A stretch of DNA of 47,476 bases from Deltaproteobacteria bacterium. GTDB lineage: Bacteria > Myxococcota > JACRCW01. Shown here one piece after another: positions 38,488-47,476 of this stretch. Each line of letters begins with the position of its first letter. The first letter of the stretch is position 1. The notes under the pieces were generated by a model. The model saw only the letters and a list, made by a program, of their open reading frames with translations, was not told where the DNA came from and made no database searches. The stretch is taken from assembly GCA_016218805.1 (NCBI GenBank), contig JACRCW010000090.1, positions 1 to 47,476 on the forward strand, in the 5' to 3' direction. A program made the position numbers and the translations under genes.

Positions 38488-39525
38488 GCCGGCCGCGCAC
38501 TTGTCCACGGTCCCCTTGGGCCCAATGTCAATCTGCAGGGGCGGCAGCTTCTCCGCCACCACCACTTTGAGGACCAGGCTGCCCTCCGTCTCCCGCTTGG
38601 GGAAACGCCACCGGCCCATCATGGGGCACGCGCAGCGCACCAGCTTTTCCACCGCCGCCGTCCCGCGCGCCTGGTCCTCCACGCACATGCTCAGCTCGCC
38701 CTTGCGCCGGTCCGCCACGCGCTGCGCGTCATCCCGGTCCACGTCCTGCGGCTTGGCGCTCCCGCCCACCGCGGACAGGTCCACCCCCGCCGTGCGCTCC
38801 TGCTTGAGGCTGACCAGGCTGCTCTCCCGGCCCGTGCCCTTCACATTGCAGCCGGCCGCGTAGAACTGCTTCTGCGCGCGGGCCATCACCTCGTCGCGCT
38901 CGTTGAGGAAACCCGCCCGCCCCAGCGCCAGCACGCGCGAATGGCACGCGCACGCCGCCTCCTTGAGGCTCTTGCCCGCCAGGCGCGGGGCGTCCTTGGG
39001 CGGGAAGCCTTCCGTGAGCAGGGGGCCCACGGGCTCAGCCTCCGGGATCTCCGCCAGCGCCACGAACAACTCCTGCGCCGCCCGGCAGGCCTCCGCCTGG
39101 GCGTTCACCTGCCAGCGGGGGAGATCCTCCGGGGTCCCGCCCGGCGGCTTGTAGAAACCCAGCGCATCCGCGGTATCCAGCGCCTGGCTGACCAGCCTGG
39201 CGCGGCGCAGCAGCGCCTTGTTCTTTTCCAGGGGCAGCTTGGGATCCAGGCCCTCCGCCGCCGCCGCCACCCGCAGTGCACCCACCTTGCAGGACCAGTC
39301 CGCCCCGTCTGCCGCCAGGTGACGCTTGGGCAGGCAGGAGGCCAACAGCGCGTCCGCCTTGAGCAGGTCAGTCTTGACCTTGGACACGGCGGACCGGACC
39401 TCCGGGCCCTCCGTCAGGGCGCGGCGCTCCTGCGCCGCCAGCGTCCCCGGGGCCAGCAGGAGCCAGGCAAGCCAGGGGTGGCGTCGGGAAATGGAGCGGC
39501 TGGTGCGGGCGGGTGGCGGGATCAT
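38479..39525 (-). CDS. Secreted Cys-containing hypothetical protein with AgmX/PglI-like C-terminal region (about 348 aa)
   Basis: Signal-like WLAWLLLAPGTLAA. C-terminal AQRVADRRKGELSMCVE...RCACPMMGRWRFP resembles TonB_C-like AgmX/PglI domains. Start uncertain. Confidence 0.65.
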   Translation of the reverse strand: MIPPPARTSRSISRRHPWLAWLLLAPGTLAAQERRALTEGPEVRSAVSKVKTDLLKADALLASCLPKRHLAADGADWSCKVGALRVAAAAEGLDPKLPLEKNKALLRRARLVSQALDTADALGFYKPPGGTPEDLPRWQVNAQAEACRAAQELFVALAEIPEAEPVGPLLTEGFPPKDAPRLAGKSLKEAACACHSRVLALGRAGFLNERDEVMARAQKQFYAAGCNVKGTGRESSLVSLKQERTAGVDLSAVGGSAKPQDVDRDDAQRVADRRKGELSMCVEDQARGTAAVEKLVRCACPMMGRWRFPKRETEGSLVLKVVVAEKLPPLQIDIGPKGTVDKCAAGSP

Positions 39526-39625
39526 GGCCACACCATGAAACCGCGCCCCGGCCCGCGCTGACAAGGCACCCGGCCATGTGGGTGCCGCACGCCCCCCGCG
39601 CTCTCGGCGGAAGCGGAGGTCTTTC

Positions 39626-39655
39626 TTGACGGGGTTTTGAAGCCGCCCGTACATT
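39626..39655 (+). promoter_or_regulatory. Putative sigma70 promoter for the TPR-ExeA operon
   Basis: TTGACG (39626-39631), 18 nt, TACATT (39650-39655), about 80 nt upstream of the TTG start. Confidence 0.45.
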
Positions 39656-39735
39656 GTCCTGACCCCACGTCGCCGGCCCCTTTGGGAACCTGCGGGATGC
39701 GCATGCCGCGCTTTGTCGATTGAGAGGGCAGTACT

Positions 39736-42700
39736 TTGGCCTTGAACAAGGACAAAGTGATGGCGAGCGCGCAGAAGCTCATCCAGCAGAACAAGCTGGA
39801 TAAGGCCATCAAGGAACTCCAGAAGATCCTCGAAGAGGATCCCAAGGATATCCGCACGCTGCTCAAGATCGGCGAGCTGCACGCCAAGCTCGGCAACAAG
39901 GACGACGCGCGCGGCAGCTTCATGCAGGTGGCGGCGTTCTATTCGGAGCAGGGTTTCTACCTGAAAGCCGTTGCCGTCTATAAGCAGATCCTCCGCGTTG
40001 ACCCCAACCTCATTGACGTCAACACCAAGCTCGCGGAGTTGTACCACCAGCTGGGCCTGATGAATGACTGCGTGCAGCAGTATCAGCTCGTTGCCAACAT
40101 CCTGGACCGGCAGGGCAAGACGCGGGACAGCCTGGGCATCCTCAAGAAGATGGTGGACCTGGACGCGGAGAACGTGGCCTCCAGGATCAAGCTGGCCGAG
40201 CTGTACAGCGGGCAGGGCCTGGTGGGCGACGCGGTGCGGGAGTTTGACGAGGCCGCCAAGCAGCTCAAGAAGCAGGAGCGCGGCGACGACTACGTCAAGG
40301 TGGCCGAACGCCTGCTGTTCCACGACCAGACGCGGGTGGACGTGGCCAAAGAGTTGGCCAGCGAATACCTCAAGCGCGGGGATGCCAAGCGCGCGCTGGG
40401 CAAACTGCAGATCAGCTTCAAGGCCAACCCGCGGGACGTGGAAACGCTGTCCCTGCTGGCGCAGGCGTTCAAGGAGCAGGACCAGACCTCCAAGTCCGCC
40501 AGCGTGTTGCGCGAGCTGGCGCGCATCCACCAGGACGCCGGCAACACGCAGGAGGCCGAACAGACCTGGCAGCGCGTGCTGCAGCTGGCGCCCAATGACG
40601 CCGACGCCCAGCGCGCGCTGGGCATGGCGGCCGAGCCCCCGCCGCAGGAGGACTTTGTCCGCCACGAGCCGTCCTTTGTGGGCGCGCTGTCCGCGGTGCC
40701 GCAGACCAGCATGGGCGCCATGGCGTCACCCGCCTTCACGCAGCAGGCCATCCCCGCGCAGCCGCGGATGCCCACCGTGCCCGCCAGCATGGTGGCCCCG
40801 CCCGCGGAGGCTGCCCCCGCGCCGCCCAAGCGCGCGGCCACGGGGCTGGGCGCCGTGCAGGGAGCGCCGCAGACGCCTGAGGGCCAGGTGGCCAAGCTGA
40901 TGGCGGAGACTGACGTCTACGTGAAATACGGCCTGCGTGATAAGGCCATTGACCACGTCAAGAAGGTCTTTGCGCTGGACCCGGACCACCTGGAGGCGCA
41001 CGAGAAGCTGCGCGGCCTGTACGTGAAGGCCGGCAACATCCCGGCGGCCACGGACGAGGTCATTGCCTGCTTCCGCATCTCCATGGGGCGCGGCGACAAG
41101 CAGAAGGCGCGCACCTTCCTCACGGACCTGACCTCCATCCAGTCCACGCACCCCGCCATTGCCACCATGCGCGAGGAGCTGGACGGCGTGCCGTCCCAGG
41201 CGCCCATTGCCGTCAACGTGCTGCGGCGCGCACCCACGGGCCTCAACCTCCAGGTCCCCGTGCCCACTGACCTCCCCACCCGCCAGGCCTCCCATGACGA
41301 GGTGGCGGTGATGGTGGACCCCTCCGCCGACGAATTGCCGGTGGAAGAGGTCTCCGCCATCCGTCTGGAGGTCAGCGCGGACGACCTGGCCGTCCCCGAG
41401 CAGGCCGCGGCGGTGATGGACGCCGCCGCGCAGATGCCGGACGACCTGGCGGGCGACCTGGGGGATGCACTGCACGGAATGAGCAGCAGCCCCGAGGTGG
41501 ACGCCGCCGCCTCGGCAGTGGGCAGTGAGAACGAGTTTGACGAGTTCCTGGCCTCCGGCCCGTCCAACCCGCCTGACGACGCCGAGAGTTCGTTTGCGTC
41601 CCCCGCGACCACCGACGCCCCGGCGGATGAGCTGGCGGTGGTGCCGCCGCCGGACGACATGGCGCCGTCCGCGCCGTCATCCGACGAACTGATGGTGGGT
41701 GGTGACGTAGCACCGGACCTGGGCGCGGCCGCCGCGGACACCGGCGGCCTGCTGCTGGACCCGGACCTTCCCCCACCGGACGGCGCCGGATTTGATGACT
41801 TCAACAGCGCCGGGTTCCAGACGCAGGCGCTGGACCGGGACACGGTGGCGCGCGCGCAGCAGGCGGCCCGCGCGGCCGCCGAGCCCCCCGCCGACGAGTT
41901 CATCCCCGAGCCCGCGCCGGACGTGTACGCGCCGGCGGCCGAGGCGCCCGAATCCACCTTTGAGCAGCCGCTCCCCGAGCCGGAGCCCGAACCCGAGCCC
42001 GAGCCGCTCCCGGAGCCCGAGCCGGAACCACCGCCGCCCCCCCCGCCACCACCGCCCCGCCCGCAGGCGGCGGCCGCCGGACGCGCGCCAGACAGGAAGC
42101 CCGCCCCCGCGGCACCGGCCAAGGCCGCCGCACCGCCTCCCCCGCCCAAGGCACCTCCGGCGCCCGTGCATGACATGGCGTTGGACTTCTTCCCGGATGA
42201 GCTGGCTGAGGCGGACTTCTTCATCCAGCAGGGCCTGTATGACGAGGCCAAGGAGATCCTCACCACCATCCTGGACGAGGTCCCGGACAGCCCGCGCGCC
42301 ACGCGGATGATGACGGTGGCCACCGCGCTGGAGAACGGCGAGGAGCCGCCGCCCGAGGAGGCACCGGCGGCCGCGGCGCCGGCGGGGGGCGAGGAGGACG
42401 GTGCGTTTGATCTGGCGCGCGAGCTGGATGACGAGCTCAAGGACATGCCGGGGCTGCCCAGCGAGCCCACCGAGCAGGTCAGCGTGGACACCGTGCTGGC
42501 CGAGTTCAAGCGGGGCGTGGACAAAGTCATTGCCCCGGACGACGCCGCCACGCACCATGACCTGGGCATTGCGTACAAGGAGATGGGGCTGCTGGACGAC
42601 GCCATTGCGGAGTTTGAGCGCAGCGCGCGCAGCCCGGTGAAGGAGGCGGACGCGCAGTACATGGTGGGCGTGTGCCGCATGGAGAAGGGCACCACCGCCG

Positions 42701-42999
42701 AAGCGGCCGACGCGTTCCGCGCCGCACTGGCCGCGCAGATCATCACGGACAACCAGCGCACCGCGGCGTCCTACGAGCTGGGCGTGGCCCTGCAGGGGAT
42801 GGGGCAGACCTCCGAGGCGCTGGAGGCGTTCCGCGCCGTGGAGGCGCTGGACAAGGCGTTCAAGGACGTGGCGGCACGCATTGCGCAGCTGGTGGCGGCG
42901 GGAGCCGGCAAGAAGCCGCCCACCAACGGCACGGGCGGCACCCACGGCGGGCGCGCGGCGGCGGACGCCAAGAAGGGCAAGAACATCGGCTACATCTGA
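39736..42999 (+). CDS. Large TPR protein, probable SgmX homologue (type IV pilus motility activator; 1087 aa)
   Basis: N-terminal TPR block (DKAIKELQKILEEDPKDIR...GFYLKAVAVYKQIL), ETDVYVKYGL, acidic Pro-rich linker, THHDLGIAYKEMGLLDDAIAEF and a C-terminal IGYI. Followed by an ExeA ATPase, as I recall for Myxococcus sgmX. Confidence 0.8.
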   Translation: MALNKDKVMASAQKLIQQNKLDKAIKELQKILEEDPKDIRTLLKIGELHAKLGNKDDARGSFMQVAAFYSEQGFYLKAVAVYKQILRVDPNLIDVNTKLAELYHQLGLMNDCVQQYQLVANILDRQGKTRDSLGILKKMVDLDAENVASRIKLAELYSGQGLVGDAVREFDEAAKQLKKQERGDDYVKVAERLLFHDQTRVDVAKELASEYLKRGDAKRALGKLQISFKANPRDVETLSLLAQAFKEQDQTSKSASVLRELARIHQDAGNTQEAEQTWQRVLQLAPNDADAQRALGMAAEPPPQEDFVRHEPSFVGALSAVPQTSMGAMASPAFTQQAIPAQPRMPTVPASMVAPPAEAAPAPPKRAATGLGAVQGAPQTPEGQVAKLMAETDVYVKYGLRDKAIDHVKKVFALDPDHLEAHEKLRGLYVKAGNIPAATDEVIACFRISMGRGDKQKARTFLTDLTSIQSTHPAIATMREELDGVPSQAPIAVNVLRRAPTGLNLQVPVPTDLPTRQASHDEVAVMVDPSADELPVEEVSAIRLEVSADDLAVPEQAAAVMDAAAQMPDDLAGDLGDALHGMSSSPEVDAAASAVGSENEFDEFLASGPSNPPDDAESSFASPATTDAPADELAVVPPPDDMAPSAPSSDELMVGGDVAPDLGAAAADTGGLLLDPDLPPPDGAGFDDFNSAGFQTQALDRDTVARAQQAARAAAEPPADEFIPEPAPDVYAPAAEAPESTFEQPLPEPEPEPEPEPLPEPEPEPPPPPPPPPPRPQAAAAGRAPDRKPAPAAPAKAAAPPPPPKAPPAPVHDMALDFFPDELAEADFFIQQGLYDEAKEILTTILDEVPDSPRATRMMTVATALENGEEPPPEEAPAAAAPAGGEEDGAFDLARELDDELKDMPGLPSEPTEQVSVDTVLAEFKRGVDKVIAPDDAATHHDLGIAYKEMGLLDDAIAEFERSARSPVKEADAQYMVGVCRMEKGTTAEAADAFRAALAAQIITDNQRTAASYELGVALQGMGQTSEALEAFRAVEALDKAFKDVAARIAQLVAAGAGKKPPTNGTGGTHGGRAAADAKKGKNIGYI

Positions 43000-43038
43000 C
43001 GGGGCGGACCACGGCGGCGGCAAGCGGACGGGACGGCA

Positions 43039-43995
43039 ATGAACTATCTCGAGTACTACGAGCTGGGGTCCGAGCCGTTCAGCAACGCGCCGGTGAGCCG
43101 CTTCTATTACAACAGCCAGCAGCACGCGCAGGCGCTGATGCGGCTGCGCTACGCCGTGGACAACATGAAGGGCCTGGCGCTGCTCATCGGCGAGATCGGC
43201 GCGGGCAAGACCACGCTCGCGCGCCGCATGCTGGACAGCCTGCCCGAAGAAGAATTTGAAGCGGCGCTGCTGGTCATCATCCACTCCGGCATCACCGCCA
43301 ACTGGCTGCTGCGCCGCATTGCCCTGCAGCTGGGCGTGCAGAACCCCCACCCGGAAAAGCTGTCCCTGCTCAGTCAGGTCTACCAGCGCCTGGTGCAGAT
43401 CCATGAGAGCGGCAAAAAGGCCGTGGTCCTCATTGACGAGGCGCAGATGCTCCAGAGCCGCGAGCTGATGGAGGAGTTCCGCGGCCTGCTCAACCTGGAG
43501 CTGCCTGAGCGCAAGCTCATCAACTTCATCTTCTTCGGGTTGCCGGAGATTGAGGAGAACCTCAAGCTGGACCCGCCGCTGGCCCAGCGCGTGGCAGTGA
43601 AGATCAAGCTGGAAGCGCTGGACCAGGAAGCCACGGAAGCCTACGTGAAGCACCGCCTGCGGCTGGCCGGCGCCAAGCGCATGCTGTTCACCACCGAAGC
43701 CGTGCAGATCCTCCATCTGGCCAGCAAGGGCACGCCGCGCGTCATCAATACGCTGGCGGACAACGCGCTGTTTGAGGCGTTCCTGGACAAGAAGGAGGCC
43801 GTGGACGGCGAGCTGGCCGCGCGCGTGGCGCAGAACCTCCAGCTGCTGGCCGGCCCGGAGAGCCGCTCCATCCCCCCGCGCCCCGGCGTGCCCGCCGCCG
43901 CCGGCACCCTGCGCGCCGCCCCCGGCGGAACGCGCGCCCGCCGGCTGCAGCTGGAAGAGATTGACCGCATGCTGGAAGGCGTGTCCAAGGACTGA
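43039..43995 (+). CDS. ExeA family AAA ATPase (318 aa)
   Basis: YLEYYEL...EPFSNAP, Walker A GEIGAGKT, Walker B VLIDEAQ, GLPE, LAQR, GTPRVINTLADNAL. Confidence 0.93.
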   Translation: MNYLEYYELGSEPFSNAPVSRFYYNSQQHAQALMRLRYAVDNMKGLALLIGEIGAGKTTLARRMLDSLPEEEFEAALLVIIHSGITANWLLRRIALQLGVQNPHPEKLSLLSQVYQRLVQIHESGKKAVVLIDEAQMLQSRELMEEFRGLLNLELPERKLINFIFFGLPEIEENLKLDPPLAQRVAVKIKLEALDQEATEAYVKHRLRLAGAKRMLFTTEAVQILHLASKGTPRVINTLADNALFEAFLDKKEAVDGELAARVAQNLQLLAGPESRSIPPRPGVPAAAGTLRAAPGGTRARRLQLEEIDRMLEGVSKD

Positions 43996-44183
43996 CCGGC
44001 AGGGTCCAAACTATTGACACCGTAATCAACGCCGGTCCGGGGACATGCAAACCTCGGCGTCTGGACGCCTCCTGCCCGTTGACATGCGGGTCAGTGCGAT
44101 CACTTGACGCGTCGCGTTACCGGGCGTAGCACACCGCGCAACACAGCGGCCCCGCAGGGGGCCGGGAAGGAGCGCGGTTCTCC

Positions 44184-45500
44184 ATGGGCAACAACGGGAA
44201 GTCAGCCAACGGCGAGTCCCGCCGCCGCGTGGCGGTGGTGGCAGGGGTGAGGACGCCGTTTGTGAAGAGCCGCGGGGTGTTTGCGGACATGACGGCGCTG
44301 GGGCTGGGGCGCATGGCGGTCAACGAGCTCATGGTCCGCAGCAACCTGGACCCCAACCACCTGGACCTGCTGGTCTACGGGCAGGTGGTGCCCTCCACGG
44401 CGGCGCCCAACATTGCCCGCGAGGTGGTGCTGGGCCTGGGCCTGCCTCCCAAGGTGGACGCCTGGAGCGTGTCCCGCGCCTGCGCCACCGCCATCCAGGC
44501 CACCACGGACGCCGCCGACCAGATTGCGCTGGGGAACGCGGACGTGGCCGTCTCCGGCGGCGCCGAGTGCCTGTCCGACGTGCCCATCAACATCAGCCGC
44601 AAGCTGTCTGACGCGCTGGTGGATGCCTCGCGCGCAAGGGATCTGCCCTCCAAGTTCAGGAGCTTTGCGCACCTGTCCGCCAAGGACCTGCTGCCCGTGC
44701 CGCCCGCCCTCAAGGAACCCTCCACCGGGCTCACCATGGGCGAGAGCGCAGAAAAGATGGCCAAGGAGAATGGGATCTCACGCGCGGACCAGGACCGGTT
44801 TGCGTTCAACAGCCACCGCAAGGCTGCCAACGCGTGGGACGAGGGCCGCTACGCCGACGAGGTCATGCCGGTGCTGGTGCCGCCCAAGTACGCCGCCAAC
44901 GTCAAGGAGGACGACTTTGTCCGCCGCGACGTGTCCGTGGAGAAGATGGCCACGCTGTCTCCCGCCTTTGACCGCAAGTACGGCACCATCACCGCCGCCA
45001 ACAGCAGCGGCCTGACCGACGGCGCCTCCGCGCTGCTGCTGATGAGCGAGGAGCGCGCCCGCGAGCTGGGATACAAGCCGCTGGGGTTCATCCGCTCCTA
45101 CGCGTACGCCGCGCTGGACCCGCGCTGGCAGATGCTGATGGGACCGGCGTTTGCCACGCCCATTGCGCTGGCCCGCGCGGGCATCAAGCTGGGAGACCTG
45201 GACCTGGTGGACATGCACGAGGCCTTTGCCGCGCAGGTGCTCTCCAACGTGCGCGCCATGGCGTCCAAGAAGTTTGCCGAGGAGCGCCTGGGGCGCCCGG
45301 GCCCGGTGGGCGAGATTGACGAGGATAAGCTCAACGTCAACGGCGGCTCCATCAGCCTGGGGCACCCGTTTGCGGCCACCGGCGGCCGCATGATCCTCAA
45401 CACGCTCAACGAGCTGCGGCGCCGCAACAAGAACCTGGGGTTGGTAACCATTTGCGCGGCCGGCGGCCTGGGTGCCGCCGTGGTGCTGGAGGTGATGTGA
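44184..45500 (+). CDS. fadI: Acetyl-CoA C-acyltransferase (3-ketoacyl-CoA thiolase), FadI type (438 aa)
   Basis: GVRTPF, PNIARE, SVSRACAT (catalytic Cys), HEAFAAQ, GHPFAATG, CAAGGLG. Confidence 0.93.
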   Translation: MGNNGKSANGESRRRVAVVAGVRTPFVKSRGVFADMTALGLGRMAVNELMVRSNLDPNHLDLLVYGQVVPSTAAPNIAREVVLGLGLPPKVDAWSVSRACATAIQATTDAADQIALGNADVAVSGGAECLSDVPINISRKLSDALVDASRARDLPSKFRSFAHLSAKDLLPVPPALKEPSTGLTMGESAEKMAKENGISRADQDRFAFNSHRKAANAWDEGRYADEVMPVLVPPKYAANVKEDDFVRRDVSVEKMATLSPAFDRKYGTITAANSSGLTDGASALLLMSEERARELGYKPLGFIRSYAYAALDPRWQMLMGPAFATPIALARAGIKLGDLDLVDMHEAFAAQVLSNVRAMASKKFAEERLGRPGPVGEIDEDKLNVNGGSISLGHPFAATGGRMILNTLNELRRRNKNLGLVTICAAGGLGAAVVLEVM

Positions 45501-47476
45501 TGGTGACCACAACCGAGAACACCGCGCCGGCCAAGGAGCAGGGCGCGGCCAAGTACTTCACGGTGGACATTGACGCCAACGGCGTGGCGCTGCTGACGCT
45601 GGACTGCCCCGGCGAAAGCGTGAACACGCTGGGCCAGGCGCTGGGTGACGAGCTCAAGCGGCTGTGGCCCGCCCTGGAGGCCGATCCCAACGTCAAGGCG
45701 TACGTGTTTGCGTCCGGTAAGAAGGACAACTTCATCGCCGGTGCCAACATTGACATGCTGGACACCATCCGGACGGCGGACGAGGCCAGCAACCGCTCCC
45801 GCGAGATCCAGTCACTGTTTGACCGCGTGGCGGCGTCAGCCAAGCCCTTTGTGGCGGCGATCCACGGCACCGCGCTGGGCGGCGGGTTGGAGCTGGCACT
45901 GGCCTGCCACTACCGCATTGCGTCTTCTGAAAAGCGCACCAAGCTGGGCCTGCCGGAAGTCATGCTGGGCCTCATCCCCGGCGCCGGCGGCACGCAGCGG
46001 CTGCCCGCGCTCATTGGCGCGCAGGCGGCCATGGACATGATCCTCACCGGCAAGGAGCTCAACGCGCAGCGGGCGCTTCGCACCGGCGTGGTGGACGAAG
46101 TGGTCCCCCAGGCGATCCTGCTGGCGGTGGCGCGCGAGCGCGCGGCGCAGTTTGCCGCTGGCAAGCGCAAGCTCCCCACGCGCGGGGTGGCCGCGCTGGT
46201 TGAGAAGCTCAAGTCAGGACGGCCTGACCAGAAGGCGCTCACCGCGCTGGCGCTGGAGCAGAACTTTGTGGGGCGCAAGGTGCTGTTCAGCCAGGCGGAG
46301 AAGCTGGCGCACAAGAAGTCACGCGGGAACTACCCAGCCATCCCGGCCGCGCTGGAGGCCATCCGGTTTGGCCTGGAGAACGGGATTGAGAAGGGCCTGC
46401 AGAAGGAGGCGGAGCTGTTTGGCCGCTTGGTGATGACGCAGGAGAGCCGGATGCTGCGCAGCATCTTCTTTGGCCAGACCGCGCTGAAGAAGGACCCGGG
46501 CGTGGATGACAAGAGCGTCAAGCCGCAACCGGTCAAGGCGGTGGCGGTGCTGGGCGCGGGGCTGATGGGCGGCGGCATTGCGTATGTGAGCGCTGCGTTG
46601 GCCGGCATTCCGGTGCGCCTCAAGGAGAAGGACCTGGAGGGGTTGGGCCGCGGCATGGCGCAGGTCCGCGGGATCCTGGATGAGCGCGTGAAGCGGCGCT
46701 CCATCAGCCCCATGGAGCGCGAGGAGCTGCTGGCGCGCGTCACCGGTGGCATGGACTACGCGGGCTTCCAGCGCGCGGACGTGATCATTGAGGCGGTGTT
46801 TGAGGACCTGGAACTCAAGCACCGCATCATCAAGGAGGTGGAGGCGATTTCGAAGCCGACGGCGATCTTTGCCTCCAACACCTCCACGCTGCCGATCACC
46901 AGGCTGGCCGAGGCCAGCGCGCGGCCCGGCAACGTCGTGGGGATGCACTACTTCTCCCCGGTCAACAAGATGCCGCTGCTGGAGGTCATCCGCGGCAAAC
47001 AGACCTCCGACCTGGCGGTGGCCACCGCGGTGGCGCTGGGCAAGGCGCAGGGCAAGACGGTCATCGTCGTCAATGACGGGCCCGGGTTCTACACCTCGCG
47101 CATCCTGGCACCGTACGTGAACGAGGCGGCGTGGCTGCTGTCCGAGGGCGGTGACGTCCGGCAGATTGACGAGGCGATGGTGGACTTTGGCTACCCGGTG
47201 GGCCCGCTGCAGCTGCTGGACGAGGTGGGCATTGACGTGGCGGAGAAGGCGGCCAAGACGATGAGGGCGTCATTTGGCGAGCGGATGAAGCAGCCGGACG
47301 GCATGGAGGCGATGAACAAGGACGGGCGCCTGGGCCGCAAGAACAAGAAGGGCTTCTACCTCTACGTGGACACCAAGAAGAAGAAGGGCGGCAAGGAGGT
47401 GGACCTCACGGTCTACGACCTCACGCCGCAAGGGCGGAAGCGCAAGACGCTCCCGGTGGAGGAGATCCAGCAGCGG
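45500..47476 (+). CDS. fadJ: Fatty acid oxidation complex alpha subunit (enoyl-CoA hydratase / 3-hydroxyacyl-CoA dehydrogenase), partial, runs off the right edge
   Basis: Absent from the ORF track because it has no stop. ATG overlaps the fadI TGA. It reads MVTTTENT...FIAGANI...ALGGGLELALAC...GLPEVMLG...VLGAGLMGGGIA...IEAVFEDL...ASNTS...GMHYFSPV. Confidence 0.95.
   Translation, partial: MVTTTENTAPAKEQGAAKYFTVDIDANGVALLTLDCPGESVNTLGQALGDELKRLWPALEADPNVKAYVFASGKKDNFIAGANIDMLDTIRTADEASNRSREIQSLFDRVAASAKPFVAAIHGTALGGGLELALACHYRIASSEKRTKLGLPEVMLGLIPGAGGTQRLPALIGAQAAMDMILTGKELNAQRALRTGVVDEVVPQAILLAVARERAAQFAAGKRKLPTRGVAALVEKLKSGRPDQKALTALALEQNFVGRKVLFSQAEKLAHKKSRGNYPAIPAALEAIRFGLENGIEKGLQKEAELFGRLVMTQESRMLRSIFFGQTALKKDPGVDDKSVKPQPVKAVAVLGAGLMGGGIAYVSAALAGIPVRLKEKDLEGLGRGMAQVRGILDERVKRRSISPMEREELLARVTGGMDYAGFQRADVIIEAVFEDLELKHRIIKEVEAISKPTAIFASNTSTLPITRLAEASARPGNVVGMHYFSPVNKMPLLEVIRGKQTSDLAVATAVALGKAQGKTVIVVNDGPGFYTSRILAPYVNEAAWLLSEGGDVRQIDEAMVDFGYPVGPLQLLDEVGIDVAEKAAKTMRASFGERMKQPDGMEAMNKDGRLGRKNKKGFYLYVDTKKKKGGKEVDLTVYDLTPQGRKRKTLPVEEIQQR

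Noticed and set aside
41965..42065. CCCGAG/CCG tandem repeats
   Set aside because: They encode the (PE)n and poly-Pro linker of the TPR protein and are not an independent repeat element.
40917..43716. Long antisense ORFs (40917..42761, 41677..43716) over the TPR and ExeA genes
   Set aside because: Shadow frames. The Gly/Ser runs simply mirror the Pro/Glu-rich linker.

Overview
High-GC bacterial chromosomal segment, very probably from a Myxococcota-type delta-proteobacterium. That assignment rests on MYXO-CTERM-like tails, a SgmX-like TPR protein next to an ExeA ATPase, many Cys-rich lipoproteins and three Hanks-type kinases. No rRNA, tRNA, CRISPR array, transposase or integrase is visible. 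Housekeeping loci are CIRCE-controlled groES-groEL, tesB, a K+-independent membrane pyrophosphatase and fadI-fadJ (fadJ runs off the right end). Between them lie secreted or envelope genes (S8 protease, TonB-dependent receptor, peptidoglycan-binding amidase, a 19-repeat Cys-rich lipoprotein, matrixin, TatT) and signalling genes. The best candidate for an undescribed system is a compact, translationally coupled five-gene operon at 27843-32470. It encodes vWA, zinc-ribbon-FHA, a nicotinamidase (PncA)-fold protein with Ser at the catalytic Cys position, a probable second degenerate PncA-fold protein and a stand-alone Ser/Thr kinase. It is preceded by an AT-rich extended -10 promoter inside an 11-bp inverted repeat. 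Other notable items are a non-coding array of 13 CAGGAC/GTCCTG motifs phased at 21-22 bp around a dyad (34681-34961), an apparent SMI1/KNR4 plus HU/IHF-like fusion protein (7805-9427) and a TPR lipoprotein gene frameshifted in a (CG)5 run. All domain calls come from reading motifs by eye; no database searches were run.
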